Origin: a virus
Lineage: Duplodnaviria > Caudoviricetes
Strand: one strand, 5' to 3'
Length of the DNA: 50,449 bases
IMG/VR virus record: IMGVR_UViG_3300020042_008421
Coordinates: 1-50,449 of that record
A program made the translations under genes and the position numbers. The number at the start of each line of letters is the position of its first letter. Positions within the stretch are counted from its first letter, which is position 1. Positions 27,601 through 37,825 of this stretch are shown in pieces. Below the pieces are notes generated by a model. That model was not told the DNA's origin. It saw nothing but the letters and a program-made list of their open reading frames with translations, and made no database searches.

Positions 27601-28312
27601 CAATAACATCCCCAGTACTTATTATACTTAATGTTATATCATAGCTTCCATCTCTTTCTAAAGACCATGAAAAGTTTTTTACTAATCCCATCATAGCATC
27701 ATAATTACCACATGACGCTGATCTTTGGGTTCTTATCTCATCTAATATAGTTCCCATACTATTAGGAATTATAAATTTACTATATACTTCATGAGTATTA
27801 TTAGGTTGATAAGTACCTGCATTATCAAAATATGAACTATTACCCCATTCTAGTAACATACTATATCCTAATCTAAGATATAACTGTTCAATAATTTCAA
27901 ATTGAGTAGAAGAGTGTGCTAGGATTTTAACATTAGCTTCACGTAGTGAACCTCTATTCATAGCCTTAACATCAGCGGATATTAATCCAGGAGGAGGTAC
28001 ATAACCATAATCAACTGAAGCAAATGATCCATATGATGAGTTTAAGTTTTCACCAATACCAATTCCACTAGCAAATTGTCCTGTAGCTCCTAAACCCGCG
28101 AATCGAGTATTAAATAATTGGAAGTTTTTAGCATCATCAGATTTAGTATTTATATCTACACCTGAGGTTAATCGTAAAAAGGCTGTGCTAGCATTTTGAT
28201 ATTTCAAAACACTATCATTTTTACTTGAGTAAATTTGATTTTTTTCTTGCCTAGTTTTAATTTGGGTTTGAACAAAACTATCGAATCCAGCTCCTATAAT
28301 GCTTCTAGCCAT
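24692..28312 (-). CDS. Baseplate hub-like protein, paralog 2, with a C-terminal DUF5675-like domain
   Basis: Hub-type C-terminal motif ITGVSHKIQNNDWTTTI, followed by LECPWLNN..SCIPLGFY..RDGILWHPG..SIGCLL. Confidence 0.68.
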   Translation of the reverse strand: MARSIIGAGFDSFVQTQIKTRQEKNQIYSSKNDSVLKYQNASTAFLRLTSGVDINTKSDDAKNFQLFNTRFAGLGATGQFASGIGIGENLNSSYGSFASVDYGYVPPPGLISADVKAMNRGSLREANVKILAHSSTQFEIIEQLYLRLGYSMLLEWGNSSYFDNAGTYQPNNTHEVYSKFIIPNSMGTILDEIRTQRSASCGNYDAMMGLVKNFSWSLERDGSYDITLSIISTGDVIESLKTNSSHPTTKTETTDVPVDQPPLQYNSEKSTLNKILFNLSNQLPPRNLSKDASATFYLQGNQTTADIIGGLIGLTPNQKHDSNPSAQGDVVGFLFPELNGVNDGTQGFNAQYFMKLGVLLRCLQNFCLLYNLSDKDNEAIFSLNSDEEENFCFTYARHGSLDPRVCLIDIDQNLKLDIDPLTGVATVPPAAASNYTINSTYYDFKIVKVEESLNGNTPVVQKDVFYGEKSDGLNINSYVLDVEDPPVKASLDKFLKDNLNTVQKVVTKTGPRPVGTVTSLDNFPINPNSTAGIAILDKYVSQNIDTADDFRNEYQFGTYSPTPLATAVEGQLYITQGWNPTKVVTFTSPTHTRGRTAVDKITTTVTITTVTVTVSSLVKETTGYTNTPVASTVVDVGNNLFDKIRPGSNFRVDTANFPFIGRTMNIYINMNYAAKILQDYVNISTGAIAMYDFLDKLMKGTQHALGNLNNFNVTYDEDKNEFSIVDSTFIPFLDKYKPLAFTNKPVEFKTHTLTPTEGSFMRDASVKTQLSNNFKTMVTVGAQANGNVVGSNSTGLAIFNAGLTDRIIKDKGNENDPKGVTTGNIDGKFYSNVGIVQNLYSAINDGNITDQQIDGAIDAGVDLFGYEVGLYVDNGIIPSIGFIPINLELTMDGLSGMRIYESYTADTKLLPPRYKDSIQYIITGVSHKIQNNDWTTTIQSISGPKYTGFTGKASAPKISSHGVKRNKQAKYVESPPAQDPNANTPSTPGGTPGVTRIRVVRSYADSNQVVSRLVLINVDGNGKETVANDQDYWVLECPWLNNQKATTSQQSSCIPLGFYNATIQYKNKRGKIIRTNGFANGKGGSTSIKSNGVVRDGILWHPGGNTKWIGKNPDVRWSIGCLLFATSAIINNKDKNGYFDQTVKSGAFTGYVSNDARDKFMDFLANSMNLKNGNSFDFEVVVAGTGNAASYSKLNIHDPVNNKYFG

Positions 28313-28329
28313 TATTTAGTATTATTTGT

Positions 28330-28338
28330 TATAAATAT
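28330..28338 (-). promoter_or_regulatory. Putative late promoter motif ATATTTATA
   Basis: Exact copy between the two hub paralogs. Confidence 0.6.
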
Positions 28339-28353
28339 AACATTTTTATTAGT

Positions 28354-31300
28354 TTATTGCCATTTAGCTGGTATGAGTCCAGACATATCATATAGTTGAA
28401 CTAGTTTAGCTAATTCTAATGCTTCCGCTTGATCAGCAAGACCTACTTTTAAAGCTTTAACTATATTATCATAATGTCCATTTGTCATTGTTTTAAAAGT
28501 AGCTGTTATTCCATCATCATAAACGAAATAGTTTTGGACTGGGACTGTGTTAAAGTTACTTTGTGTTCCTAATCTTTGAGTTGAATTAAATGGATTATTT
28601 AATGCATCAGCTCCTTCAGCTTTTCTCCAAGCTTTTAAAAATATTATATTACCAGCAGTTGATGGGGCCCCAAGTTTAGTTAAAACATCTTTGAACATTT
28701 TATCTTGCTCAGCTTGAGTATATTCAACTGTTTTATATTTTTCGATAAATACTCTAACTCCCTTTTTGTTAGTATCCCAATAGCTTCTGTCAAGTTTTAG
28801 TGGGTTGGTTGCTTTTCGAACAAAATTTTCTCTAACTTTCCCTTTTAAAACAGCTACTACATAACTATTAGCTGACCAGTTATCATCTCTTTTACCACCA
28901 GGACCTTTAGCCCAAGAGAATAAATCACCTCTATTAGCTGAGTCTGTTCCTCCTGGGTTGCTATTGTCAGTTGGTGGAGATGGTTTCCATATTGTTTGTT
29001 TTTTACTAGCGACAGGATGTGATTTAGGTGTTGATGGTGCTGTTACTGTAGTACCATCATATCTAGGGCCAGAAACACTTTGTATTGTTGTAGTCCAGTC
29101 GTTATCTTGTATTTTATGAGATATACCCATTGTTATAAACTGGAGATTCTTTTGGTAGTTTTTAGGGAGAAGTTTTGTATCGGCTTCATATGAATCCATA
29201 ATTCTCATTCCACTTAATCCATCCATTGTTAATTCAACATCTATAGGTATAAGTCCAACCCCAGGAATTAATCCTTCATTAGCATACATTCCTATTTCAT
29301 AATTAAATAAATCAACCCCTGCATCTATTGAACCATCAATTTGTTGGTCAGTTATGTTACCATCATTTATAGCATTATATAAATTCTGTACTATACCAAC
29401 GTTTGAAAAGAATTTTTGGTCTATATCACTTTGGGTTGATCCTTGACCATTATTTTCTGTTGATTTTTCTAAAATAATCCTATCAGTTAAACCTTTATTC
29501 CATTTACTAAAAGCTAATGAATTTGATCCTACAACATTTCCATTATCTTGAGCTCCAATAGTGACTTGAGACATAAGATTATTAGATATTTTGCTTGTAA
29601 CTTTAGCTTCTCTTATAAAACTACCATTAGTTGATGTTAAAGCATGAGTTTGAAATACTACAGGTTTATTATCAAAGGGATTAACTGTTGTTGAGTGTTT
29701 TAAATAATCTCCTAATTGAGGAATCATTGTATTATCAATTATAGAGAATTCATTTGCATTTTCATCATAGTGAATACTAAAGTTGTTAATATTTCCTAAA
29801 GCATGTTGTACTCCTTTCATCATGTTCTCTAAAAAACTAAATAATGAAATAGAACCATTGCTTATGTCTACATAGTCTTGCAGTATCTTAGCCGCGTGAT
29901 TCATATTAATATAGATGTTCATAATTCTTCCTATAAATGGGTAATTATCCACTCTAAAGTTAGAACCATCTCTTATTTTATCAAATAAATTATTTTGAAC
30001 ATCAACTGCTTTATCAGCTGTAGCGGCGGTATTAGCACCTGTGTATCCAATATTTGAGTTAATTAATGTTGAAACTGTGATCCTGTATGTGGTTATTTTC
30101 AATTCATAGTTCCAACTATCCCCATTACTATCAGTATAATTTGAGGTAATTTTTTTCTCATTTAATGGTGTCCAAACATTAGTTAAATATGGAGTATTTT
30201 CTATAGCTGGGGTTTTGTATTCTATTGTTTGATAGTCACTCCATTTTTCTATAAAATCTTTTGTAAAGTCACTAAAATTCTTATTTTGAATAGAATATTT
30301 ATCTAAAAGACCTATACCAAAAGTTGAATTAGATCGAACTGGGAAGTTATCTAAAGTAGTTACTGATCCTGCAATAATAGGGCCTGTTTTTTCTACAATA
30401 CCTTTTAATGATCCTAAATTATCTTGTAAGAATTGGTTAAATTTTTTTTCATCATCTGGACCTAACTTAGATGCTATTGTGGGTTCATATGAAGAAATGT
30501 TTGTAGGAGCGTCAGTAGGCCAACCTATTTCTGGGTCATAATATTCTTTATATCGTACTACTCCTCCTAAATAAGTTAATTCTATTTCTCTAAAATCATA
30601 GTAAGTATTATTAATAGCATAACCTGAAGGAGGAGGAGGTGGGGGAGGTGTTGTGTTAGTATTAGATGTTGGGATTGTATTTGTTAGATCTTTAATAACA
30701 TCTATTAAACATACTCTAGGATCTAAACTACCTTGGCGAGGATATGTGAAGCAAAAGTTATCTTCCTCATTAGTATTAATATTAATTAATGGTTCATTAC
30801 TTTTAGATGAGTTATAAAGTAAAATATAGTTTTGAATACATCTTAATAATACTCCTAATTTAATAAAATATTGACCATTATACCCTTTAATAGTTCCATC
30901 TTGAATTCCTAATAACTCAGGAAATATAAATCCAACAACATCCTGTGCTGTAGGGTCACTATTATTATTTTTATTAGATGATAATCCCACCCCAGCGTTA
31001 ATTAAACTTGTTGTAGTTTCACTTCCATTTAAAGCATATTTGGTAAGTAAATCCTTTGGCAGTAGTTTAGTAGTGAACCAGTATAATATTTTGTTTAATG
31101 TTGATTTCTCTGAGTTATATTGGAGTGGAGGTTGATCTACAGGGACATCTGTTGTAGATGCTATTGAAGTAGGATGTGATACATTTCCTTTCATAGATTC
31201 AATAATCTCTCCAACTGATGATATTACTAGATTTATATTATAACTTCCGTCTTTTTCTATATTCCATGAATAATTACTAACTGAACCATGCATAGCATCA

Positions 31301-31911
31301 TAATTACCAAATGATGCTATTCTTTGTCTTTGCATTTGAGTTTGTACATCTAATTGAGAGCTATTTTTATTTAAAAAAACAGTATAACTTTCGTGAGTGT
31401 TATTAGGTAGATAAACACCCTTATTATCAAAATATGTATTATGACCCCACTCTAATAACATACTAAATCCTAATTTAAGATATATTTGCTCTATAATTTC
31501 AAATTGGGTAGATGAATGAGTTAATATTTTAATATTAGCTTCTCTAAAAGATCCTCTATTTAATGATTTAATATCAGCAGATACTATTCCTGGAGGTGGG
31601 ACATATCCATAACTGTCTGAGGAAAATGCTCCGTAAGCTGTGTTTAGATTTGTACCTATACCAACACCACTTGAAAATTGACCATTAGCCCCAACTCCAC
31701 TAAAACGGGTAGAAAATAGTTGGAAGTTAGTAGCATCAGCGTTAGAAGTTTGAACATCAATAGCTGATGTTAGTCTGATGAAAGAATCATTAGCATTTTG
31801 ATATTTTAAAACATCATCACCTTTACTTGAGTAAATTTGATTTTTATTTTGTCTAGTTTGGATTTGGGTTTGAACCCAACCTTCAAATCCAGGACCGATA
31901 ACCTTAGGCAT
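28354..31911 (-). CDS. Baseplate hub-like protein, paralog 1, with a C-terminal lysozyme-like domain
   Basis: Follows the LysM gene; ITMGISHKIQDNDWTTTI, then AWRKAEG..NNPFNSTQ..VQNY..DGITAT..NGHY. Confidence 0.68.
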   Translation of the reverse strand: MPKVIGPGFEGWVQTQIQTRQNKNQIYSSKGDDVLKYQNANDSFIRLTSAIDVQTSNADATNFQLFSTRFSGVGANGQFSSGVGIGTNLNTAYGAFSSDSYGYVPPPGIVSADIKSLNRGSFREANIKILTHSSTQFEIIEQIYLKLGFSMLLEWGHNTYFDNKGVYLPNNTHESYTVFLNKNSSQLDVQTQMQRQRIASFGNYDAMHGSVSNYSWNIEKDGSYNINLVISSVGEIIESMKGNVSHPTSIASTTDVPVDQPPLQYNSEKSTLNKILYWFTTKLLPKDLLTKYALNGSETTTSLINAGVGLSSNKNNNSDPTAQDVVGFIFPELLGIQDGTIKGYNGQYFIKLGVLLRCIQNYILLYNSSKSNEPLININTNEEDNFCFTYPRQGSLDPRVCLIDVIKDLTNTIPTSNTNTTPPPPPPPSGYAINNTYYDFREIELTYLGGVVRYKEYYDPEIGWPTDAPTNISSYEPTIASKLGPDDEKKFNQFLQDNLGSLKGIVEKTGPIIAGSVTTLDNFPVRSNSTFGIGLLDKYSIQNKNFSDFTKDFIEKWSDYQTIEYKTPAIENTPYLTNVWTPLNEKKITSNYTDSNGDSWNYELKITTYRITVSTLINSNIGYTGANTAATADKAVDVQNNLFDKIRDGSNFRVDNYPFIGRIMNIYINMNHAAKILQDYVDISNGSISLFSFLENMMKGVQHALGNINNFSIHYDENANEFSIIDNTMIPQLGDYLKHSTTVNPFDNKPVVFQTHALTSTNGSFIREAKVTSKISNNLMSQVTIGAQDNGNVVGSNSLAFSKWNKGLTDRIILEKSTENNGQGSTQSDIDQKFFSNVGIVQNLYNAINDGNITDQQIDGSIDAGVDLFNYEIGMYANEGLIPGVGLIPIDVELTMDGLSGMRIMDSYEADTKLLPKNYQKNLQFITMGISHKIQDNDWTTTIQSVSGPRYDGTTVTAPSTPKSHPVASKKQTIWKPSPPTDNSNPGGTDSANRGDLFSWAKGPGGKRDDNWSANSYVVAVLKGKVRENFVRKATNPLKLDRSYWDTNKKGVRVFIEKYKTVEYTQAEQDKMFKDVLTKLGAPSTAGNIIFLKAWRKAEGADALNNPFNSTQRLGTQSNFNTVPVQNYFVYDDGITATFKTMTNGHYDNIVKALKVGLADQAEALELAKLVQLYDMSGLIPAKWQ

Positions 31912-31915
31912 AACT

Positions 31916-32218
31916 TTACGAATTTAGGCTATTATATGCTGCTATTACAGCAGATATATTGCGTGGTATACGTATTTGAGTTCCTATTGGAGGATATAAA
32001 GAATTTTGAGTTAAATTATCATTTGCAGTAGATATAATCCACCATAATGTTGAGTCATTATAATATTGTAGAGCTAATTTATCATACCTATCCCCATCAG
32101 TTGTAATAACATATATGTCTGTTATGGATAAAGGTATAATAGGATATTTAGTATCTCTATAATACTTTATATTAGTATCAGGTTGATTTATTATTTTAGT
32201 ATTTTGGTAACGATTCAT
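31916..32218 (-). CDS. LysM-type baseplate protein (gpX/gp53-like)
   Basis: GDRYDKLALQYYNDSTLWWIISTAN...GTQIRIP. Confidence 0.85.
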   Translation of the reverse strand: MNRYQNTKIINQPDTNIKYYRDTKYPIIPLSITDIYVITTDGDRYDKLALQYYNDSTLWWIISTANDNLTQNSLYPPIGTQIRIPRNISAVIAAYNSLNS

Positions 32219-32219
32219 A

Positions 32220-35015
32220 TTATCCGAAATTAAAACCTGTTGAGTTAACTGTTGAATCTATTAATGACCCATTAGTACTTATAGGTCCTTGGGTTGGTCC
32301 ATATGGAGAAGCAGTATTATAAGCATTAGGAATAGTATCAACAGGATTACCTAATGTATTTAAATCTTCTCTTGATGCTTCATAAGCAGCTGCTTCTACG
32401 TCATTTTTAGCTTGAACAACAGTTGCTTCAGTTTCTTGTGTATACATTCTTCTTTCTTCATCCTCATAAGGAGCACTTTCTACAATATTAGCAATCACAG
32501 ATGGACCTTGGGTTTTTCCAAAACTAAAGTCATCATTTAAATCTCCAGGATTTAAAATAGTTTGTTGAGTTTGGAAAATTGGATCTGGAGGTGGTGGTGG
32601 TGGGTCTGGTAATCGTGGTGGTGGGGCGTTTTCTTTAGATAAAATTGGTACTCTATCATTTTTTCCTAAAGATGAATCACCAGTTATAGGACTTTGCCCA
32701 CCATTAGGATCTGGGGTGTATATACTTGGGTAAGATTTGACTGTTTCTGGGTCATATCCTATATATTCTGACCCTACTTGTGGAGTAAAATGATGTAATG
32801 GTGTAAATCCTACTGTTACTTTAATTCCTTTAGGTAATTGACCTGTGTAATTACTATCTGATCTTAGGAGTATATCACCAGTTAAGCTACGGTTTATATC
32901 CCATCCCATATCATCTATTTGAGAAAATTCTACATTTTTAATAATAGTGGGCATTTTTCTAAAATAATCACCCATAGTAAAATAAGTTATAACTCCTCTC
33001 ATTAAACCTATATCTGAGTAAGATGGGGAAACAGCCCATGCTAAAGCATTTAATTTTTTATAGTTAGCTATTAAATTTCTTCTTGATAAAGCTGGTACTA
33101 AAAATGTAACTGATGCTTCTCTTGAAAATCCACCATACTTATAAAAGCTTTCAGCTCTACCCATATATTTAATAGGATTCCAATCTGCTTTTACTCCATC
33201 ACTCCAATCTTCTATATATGCTGTAAAATCAATTAATCTATTAGGACTAGTACCAGGAACATGTAGAGTGAAATTAAAATCTATTATGTCACTTGCTCGT
33301 TTTGCAGTTTCTGCTTCTCCAGATATTGGGAGATTAGGATTTAATACTCTTCCATAGCCTGGGACGAAATTTCCTTTATAACTAGTTTGACTGCTTTGAT
33401 ATGTTGTATCTCTATTAAATGTTGTATAATCTGTACTAGGTAATTGTGGAGTTATTGAAGATCTAAAATCATATACACCACTACTACCAAATCCTGTGTT
33501 TTTTTCTTGTCCTAAAGATTTTCTTCCAGCTATTTGAGTATCATCTAAAGCAAACTCATCATTAGATTCTAAATTTTTATTTGTATTTTTTCCAGTACTT
33601 ATAGAACTACGGTTTTGTAAAGCTTCAGATATTATTTTAGCATCTTCTGGGGAGAGATTTTCATTAGGTTTTATAGCATTGTAAACCCAATTTACTGAGA
33701 ATTGTTGGCCTTTTGGTGTATAATATTCTGGTTTGGATGGGTCATCTCCTTTTTTACCTATTTTAGTTCCACTAACTAATGCTCCAGGGTGGGAATATAG
33801 ACTACTAGATATTACTTTAGTATTACGATTTAAAATAGCGAATGTATTATCTTGAGTTCCAAAATATGATGTATATACATCTTTATTATCAGGATTTCTA
33901 AGTTTAAATTGTTGAAACACACTTCTAGTCCCAGTATCATTAGTAGTGTCAAATGGGTTGTATAACCAATATACTTTATATCTACCTTCTTTAAAAAGTG
34001 GAATTAAATAATTAGGATTATCTATATTAACATTATCATAAATAAAATTAGTTTTATTTTCTACTAATGGAACTTGTCTAGTAGGGTCAGTTAAACTAAT
34101 TCTAGTGAACCCAATACCTAAAGGAGCACCAGGTCCTCCATTATATCTAAGAAGTATATCACGATTTTCAACTCCAGTAATTCCAAATTGATCAAATCCT
34201 GTAGCAACTCGGTTTATTTTGTTTAACATTAATGTTGTTAAACGGTTTGGTCCTTTACCTATATCATCTATTCTATTTCGAACTCCTAATTGGCCAATAC
34301 TATTTTTAGTATTCCAATAATATCCATTTCTCCCTCCTTCAGCATAACTTCTTTCAAATGGATTTAAACCTGATTTATTTAAATGGTAACCAATAGAGTT
34401 TACACCTGCTTGAGCTATAGTACTTGCTGGGTTGTAAACGCGAGTTGTGCCTTCTACTTTTACACTTTGTCTTTCTAGTAATTCTTGTTTTATGATAAAG
34501 AATATACCAGCAGGTGTTGTTAAAAATTTAGTAATTCTAACAGCATCAGCGACTGAGTGAGCTATATTATATCTATTTTTTCTCCAAAGAAAATCAGGAG
34601 AACTAGGATTACGAGTTGTATCAAATGAATTATTAATAGTCCCAATAACCGCATTTACCGCTCCCTCAGCTCCATTAACAATTCCACCAGCTATTCCATC
34701 TAAACCATTAAGGATAGGTGTAGCTATATCTATACCATTACCATTAAATAAAGTAGTTTTAACAGTGCTATTACCTGGGGCATAACCAAATGTAGGGGCA
34801 TCAAATGTAAATGGAGGTATATCAAAGAAATTCTGCCCAGCTCCAGCTCCAGCAGATGCACTATAAGCATCTGTAAGTGTTTGGTTGGAAGAAAAATCTA
34901 CTTCAGGGATATTAAATCCAGTAAATAAAAATGGTTGGCCACTTGATCCTCCCCCTGGTCTGTCATGACCGAAGGACAAAGATTTAAGATCTGTGTTAGA
35001 TGTTATTAGAGGCAT
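32220..35015 (-). CDS. Baseplate tube-initiator-like protein (gp48/gp54-like position)
   Basis: Lies between the tape measure and LysM genes; contains the tube-fold-like segment FTAYIEDWSD..W..IKYMGRAESFYKYGGFSR. Confidence 0.55.
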   Translation of the reverse strand: MPLITSNTDLKSLSFGHDRPGGGSSGQPFLFTGFNIPEVDFSSNQTLTDAYSASAGAGAGQNFFDIPPFTFDAPTFGYAPGNSTVKTTLFNGNGIDIATPILNGLDGIAGGIVNGAEGAVNAVIGTINNSFDTTRNPSSPDFLWRKNRYNIAHSVADAVRITKFLTTPAGIFFIIKQELLERQSVKVEGTTRVYNPASTIAQAGVNSIGYHLNKSGLNPFERSYAEGGRNGYYWNTKNSIGQLGVRNRIDDIGKGPNRLTTLMLNKINRVATGFDQFGITGVENRDILLRYNGGPGAPLGIGFTRISLTDPTRQVPLVENKTNFIYDNVNIDNPNYLIPLFKEGRYKVYWLYNPFDTTNDTGTRSVFQQFKLRNPDNKDVYTSYFGTQDNTFAILNRNTKVISSSLYSHPGALVSGTKIGKKGDDPSKPEYYTPKGQQFSVNWVYNAIKPNENLSPEDAKIISEALQNRSSISTGKNTNKNLESNDEFALDDTQIAGRKSLGQEKNTGFGSSGVYDFRSSITPQLPSTDYTTFNRDTTYQSSQTSYKGNFVPGYGRVLNPNLPISGEAETAKRASDIIDFNFTLHVPGTSPNRLIDFTAYIEDWSDGVKADWNPIKYMGRAESFYKYGGFSREASVTFLVPALSRRNLIANYKKLNALAWAVSPSYSDIGLMRGVITYFTMGDYFRKMPTIIKNVEFSQIDDMGWDINRSLTGDILLRSDSNYTGQLPKGIKVTVGFTPLHHFTPQVGSEYIGYDPETVKSYPSIYTPDPNGGQSPITGDSSLGKNDRVPILSKENAPPPRLPDPPPPPPDPIFQTQQTILNPGDLNDDFSFGKTQGPSVIANIVESAPYEDEERRMYTQETEATVVQAKNDVEAAAYEASREDLNTLGNPVDTIPNAYNTASPYGPTQGPISTNGSLIDSTVNSTGFNFG

Positions 35016-35313
35016 TCACAAAGTATGACGCGTTATTTATAGGTAAATTAACTCCTTCAGGTGTATTATATCTATATTGGCTTGGAGTATATCCATTATT
35101 TATATCTAATTGTGAAGGTGGTCGAAGGAAATTAGTAACCCCATCATCATATTCTTGAAGACCATTATTTACTTCTTGGAATAATTCATCCCTACCTGAG
35201 GAATATATATGTAAAGGAGATTGATTTGTTGCTAATATAGTATTAGGTTGTCCTGCTTGGTTATATGATGTGTAATTTGATCCATCATTATTAAATATAT
35301 TTAATAGTCCCAT
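34996..35313 (-). CDS. Hypothetical protein
   Basis: 105 aa, preceded by the late motif. Confidence 0.72.
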   Translation of the reverse strand: MGLLNIFNNDGSNYTSYNQAGQPNTILATNQSPLHIYSSGRDELFQEVNNGLQEYDDGVTNFLRPPSQLDINNGYTPSQYRYNTPEGVNLPINNASYFVNASNNI

Positions 35314-35336
35314 AGTTGTATGTTTTTAAGGTTTAT

Positions 35337-35345
35337 TATAAATAT
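35337..35345 (-). promoter_or_regulatory. Putative late promoter motif ATATTTATA
   Basis: Exact intergenic copy. Confidence 0.6.
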
Positions 35346-35351
35346 TAATCA

Positions 35352-37787
35352 TTATTGGGTCTTCACCTGAGTTTGGAGATTAGATTGGTTTATTAATGGA
35401 GCTAATAATCTACCAGCTTCATTTCCATCAATCATAACTTTGCCTGGTGTTGATGCTATTTGTTGAAGTAAGTTTTTAATTGCTGTTAATTCAGCTACCA
35501 TACTTCCACCACCACCTTCATTGTTTGTTGGTGGTTTAATAGATCCTTTACCAGCAGGAGCTACAGTAGCATCTTGTGTTTGTTGAGGTCCATTTGTTGT
35601 TAAATAAGCGTAATCACCTGGTATACCTTGGGCTATAGGTGTTAATACACCACCCTCAGGCTTTGATATGACTAGACCACCACTAGGATTAATTACACCA
35701 TCTTTGGTTTGTTTAGCTGTGTTGACTCCATTTGTCATTGCTGCGACACCAGCTGCTACTAATCCTAAAATAGCTACTGCTCCTAAACCAACTGTAGCTG
35801 CTATGGCTCCGGATATTTTAGCTGCTGCTATACCTGTTTCTAGTCCTAACATAGATGCTAATCCTGGGAGAGCCATTATGATACTTCTTCCCATAGATAT
35901 CAAACCTACAGCTATTTTAGTAGCTATAACACCAGCTATTAAACCGAAGACTGTGTATAGTACCCAACTATGTTGTACCATTTCAGCTAATGCAGATAAT
36001 GGGCCAGCTAAAACTTCACTCATTTTAGCCATAGCGTTATTAATTTGTTCTTGAATAGCTAAGCGTTTCATGTCTGATAATTCAATACCTGCTAATTTAG
36101 CTGCTTGTTCCTCAGTTAAATTATTAGTTATTGCTTGGTCATAGATCATTTTAGCCATTTCTTCTGTGCTTAAACCTAAGGCTTTACCTATAGCTTCTTG
36201 CTCAATTCGATTACCAGTAGAAAAAGCATTAATAATTTCCTGATTATTGCCTATTTCTTTGGTTAAACCTGCTATATCATTGTTTAATGCATATAATCTA
36301 GCTTGTTCTAAATTAATTTGTTTGCCTGTAAATAGTTCTGCTTCTAATTCAGCAGCGATACTATCTTCAAAATTTAATAAACTATTTGCTACTTTATCTA
36401 TTTGTTCAAATGTTAATCCTAATTTTCTAGCTTCTGCAGATGCTTTAGCTATAGCTTCAGGGTTACCTTTAAATGATAATGCTAAACGATCAGACATTGT
36501 AGCCATATCTTTAAGTACAGCTTTACCTGATATGCCTGTTTTGTTTAATTTATTAAAACTAGACACAGTACTAATAACTTTTTCATTATTAGCTTTTAAT
36601 TCATTACCATTTACTTTTGCAATACGAGCTAATTTACCTGCCTCCTCATTACTCATCCCCATCATTTGGGTCATTTCAGTAGCTTCTCTAAGAGTCTCAG
36701 GAGTAAAAACCATATCAGCCGCTACTCCAAATTGTTGAGTTAAAGCAGTAGCTTGTTTTATATATTGAGACATGGTAGTTGCTCCAGCATTAAGAGCATC
36801 CATATATTCAACACTTCTTCCAGTTTCACGGGTAAATTCTGTTTGAGCTTTATCTAACTCTAAGAATCCTTTAAGTATCATACCTAGAATAACCATAGGA
36901 TCAAACAAATTATCAGATAATTGTTTACCCATTTCTTTCATTCCAGCACCTAATACTTTAAATTTAGTACTTAATGTAGCTGCTTTGTCACCATTATCGG
37001 TTAACTTTTTAGCAGTTTCATCCATTTTTTTATTCACTTCATCTAAACCTAATGATCTAGCAAAGTCTCCTAAACCTAAAGAACCTAATGTTTTTTCTAA
37101 ACCTTTAGCTGCGTTACCACCTAATCCTAAAGCTTTTTCAATATTTTTTATTTGCCCTTCAGTTCTTTCTAAAGTTTTTTCAAGTCCATTAAATAATTCA
37201 TTTTGCTCTTGTAAAAGACTATTTATTTCAGATTGAGTATCCTTAACAGTACTTAGTTTTTCTTGTAGTTTTTTTACTTTATTAACTTCACTATCTGTCG
37301 CTGCTCCTGACTGTTTTTTTCTTTTTATTTCTGCACCTAATCTTCTGATTTGGTCTTCATAACCTGCTTTTTCATTTTCTAATAACTCTTGAGCATTTTT
37401 TAATCTTAACTTTTCTTCTTGAGTTTTTTGTTTTAATATGGTTATATCTTTAAGAGAAAGATTACTAATACCTTGTTGATAATTTTGAATTTTTTGAGCT
37501 ATAGAAGCTAGATTACTAAAACCTTTAGCGCTTTCTTTAAGTGCTATATTTTGTTTAGTAATCTCTGAAACTATTTTTTTAAAACCTTGGTAAGCATATC
37601 CTATGTCACCAGTTACTGCTTGCCACTCGTCTCTTAAACTTTGAGTTAATCTTTCTGCTTGAACTAAATCTCCATTAAAATTTCTTAGGCTAGCTTCTTC
37701 AGCCGCTAAACCTAATTTTTTAGCTAGTTCAATACCTTCTTGAAGAAGTTTATTAAGTTTTTGTTGTTCTTGAGGAGTTAATGCCAT
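35352..37787 (-). CDS. Tail tape measure protein
   Basis: 811 aa helical/coiled-coil protein with Ala/Gly-rich hydrophobic segments; sits after the chaperone and before the baseplate genes. Confidence 0.85.
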   Translation of the reverse strand: MALTPQEQQKLNKLLQEGIELAKKLGLAAEEASLRNFNGDLVQAERLTQSLRDEWQAVTGDIGYAYQGFKKIVSEITKQNIALKESAKGFSNLASIAQKIQNYQQGISNLSLKDITILKQKTQEEKLRLKNAQELLENEKAGYEDQIRRLGAEIKRKKQSGAATDSEVNKVKKLQEKLSTVKDTQSEINSLLQEQNELFNGLEKTLERTEGQIKNIEKALGLGGNAAKGLEKTLGSLGLGDFARSLGLDEVNKKMDETAKKLTDNGDKAATLSTKFKVLGAGMKEMGKQLSDNLFDPMVILGMILKGFLELDKAQTEFTRETGRSVEYMDALNAGATTMSQYIKQATALTQQFGVAADMVFTPETLREATEMTQMMGMSNEEAGKLARIAKVNGNELKANNEKVISTVSSFNKLNKTGISGKAVLKDMATMSDRLALSFKGNPEAIAKASAEARKLGLTFEQIDKVANSLLNFEDSIAAELEAELFTGKQINLEQARLYALNNDIAGLTKEIGNNQEIINAFSTGNRIEQEAIGKALGLSTEEMAKMIYDQAITNNLTEEQAAKLAGIELSDMKRLAIQEQINNAMAKMSEVLAGPLSALAEMVQHSWVLYTVFGLIAGVIATKIAVGLISMGRSIIMALPGLASMLGLETGIAAAKISGAIAATVGLGAVAILGLVAAGVAAMTNGVNTAKQTKDGVINPSGGLVISKPEGGVLTPIAQGIPGDYAYLTTNGPQQTQDATVAPAGKGSIKPPTNNEGGGGSMVAELTAIKNLLQQIASTPGKVMIDGNEAGRLLAPLINQSNLQTQVKTQ

Positions 37788-37801
37788 ATTAATTTATATA
37801 A

Positions 37802-37810
37802 TATAAATAT
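37802..37810 (-). promoter_or_regulatory. Putative late promoter motif ATATTTATA
   Basis: Exact intergenic copy. Confidence 0.6.
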
Positions 37811-37825
37811 GGATAAATTAAAGAA

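Noticed and set aside
30625-32630. GGA/GGT-rich low-complexity tracts near 30625-30650 and 32585-32630
   Set aside because: They encode poly-proline linkers in the hub and tube-initiator proteins, and nothing indicates a separate DNA-level function.
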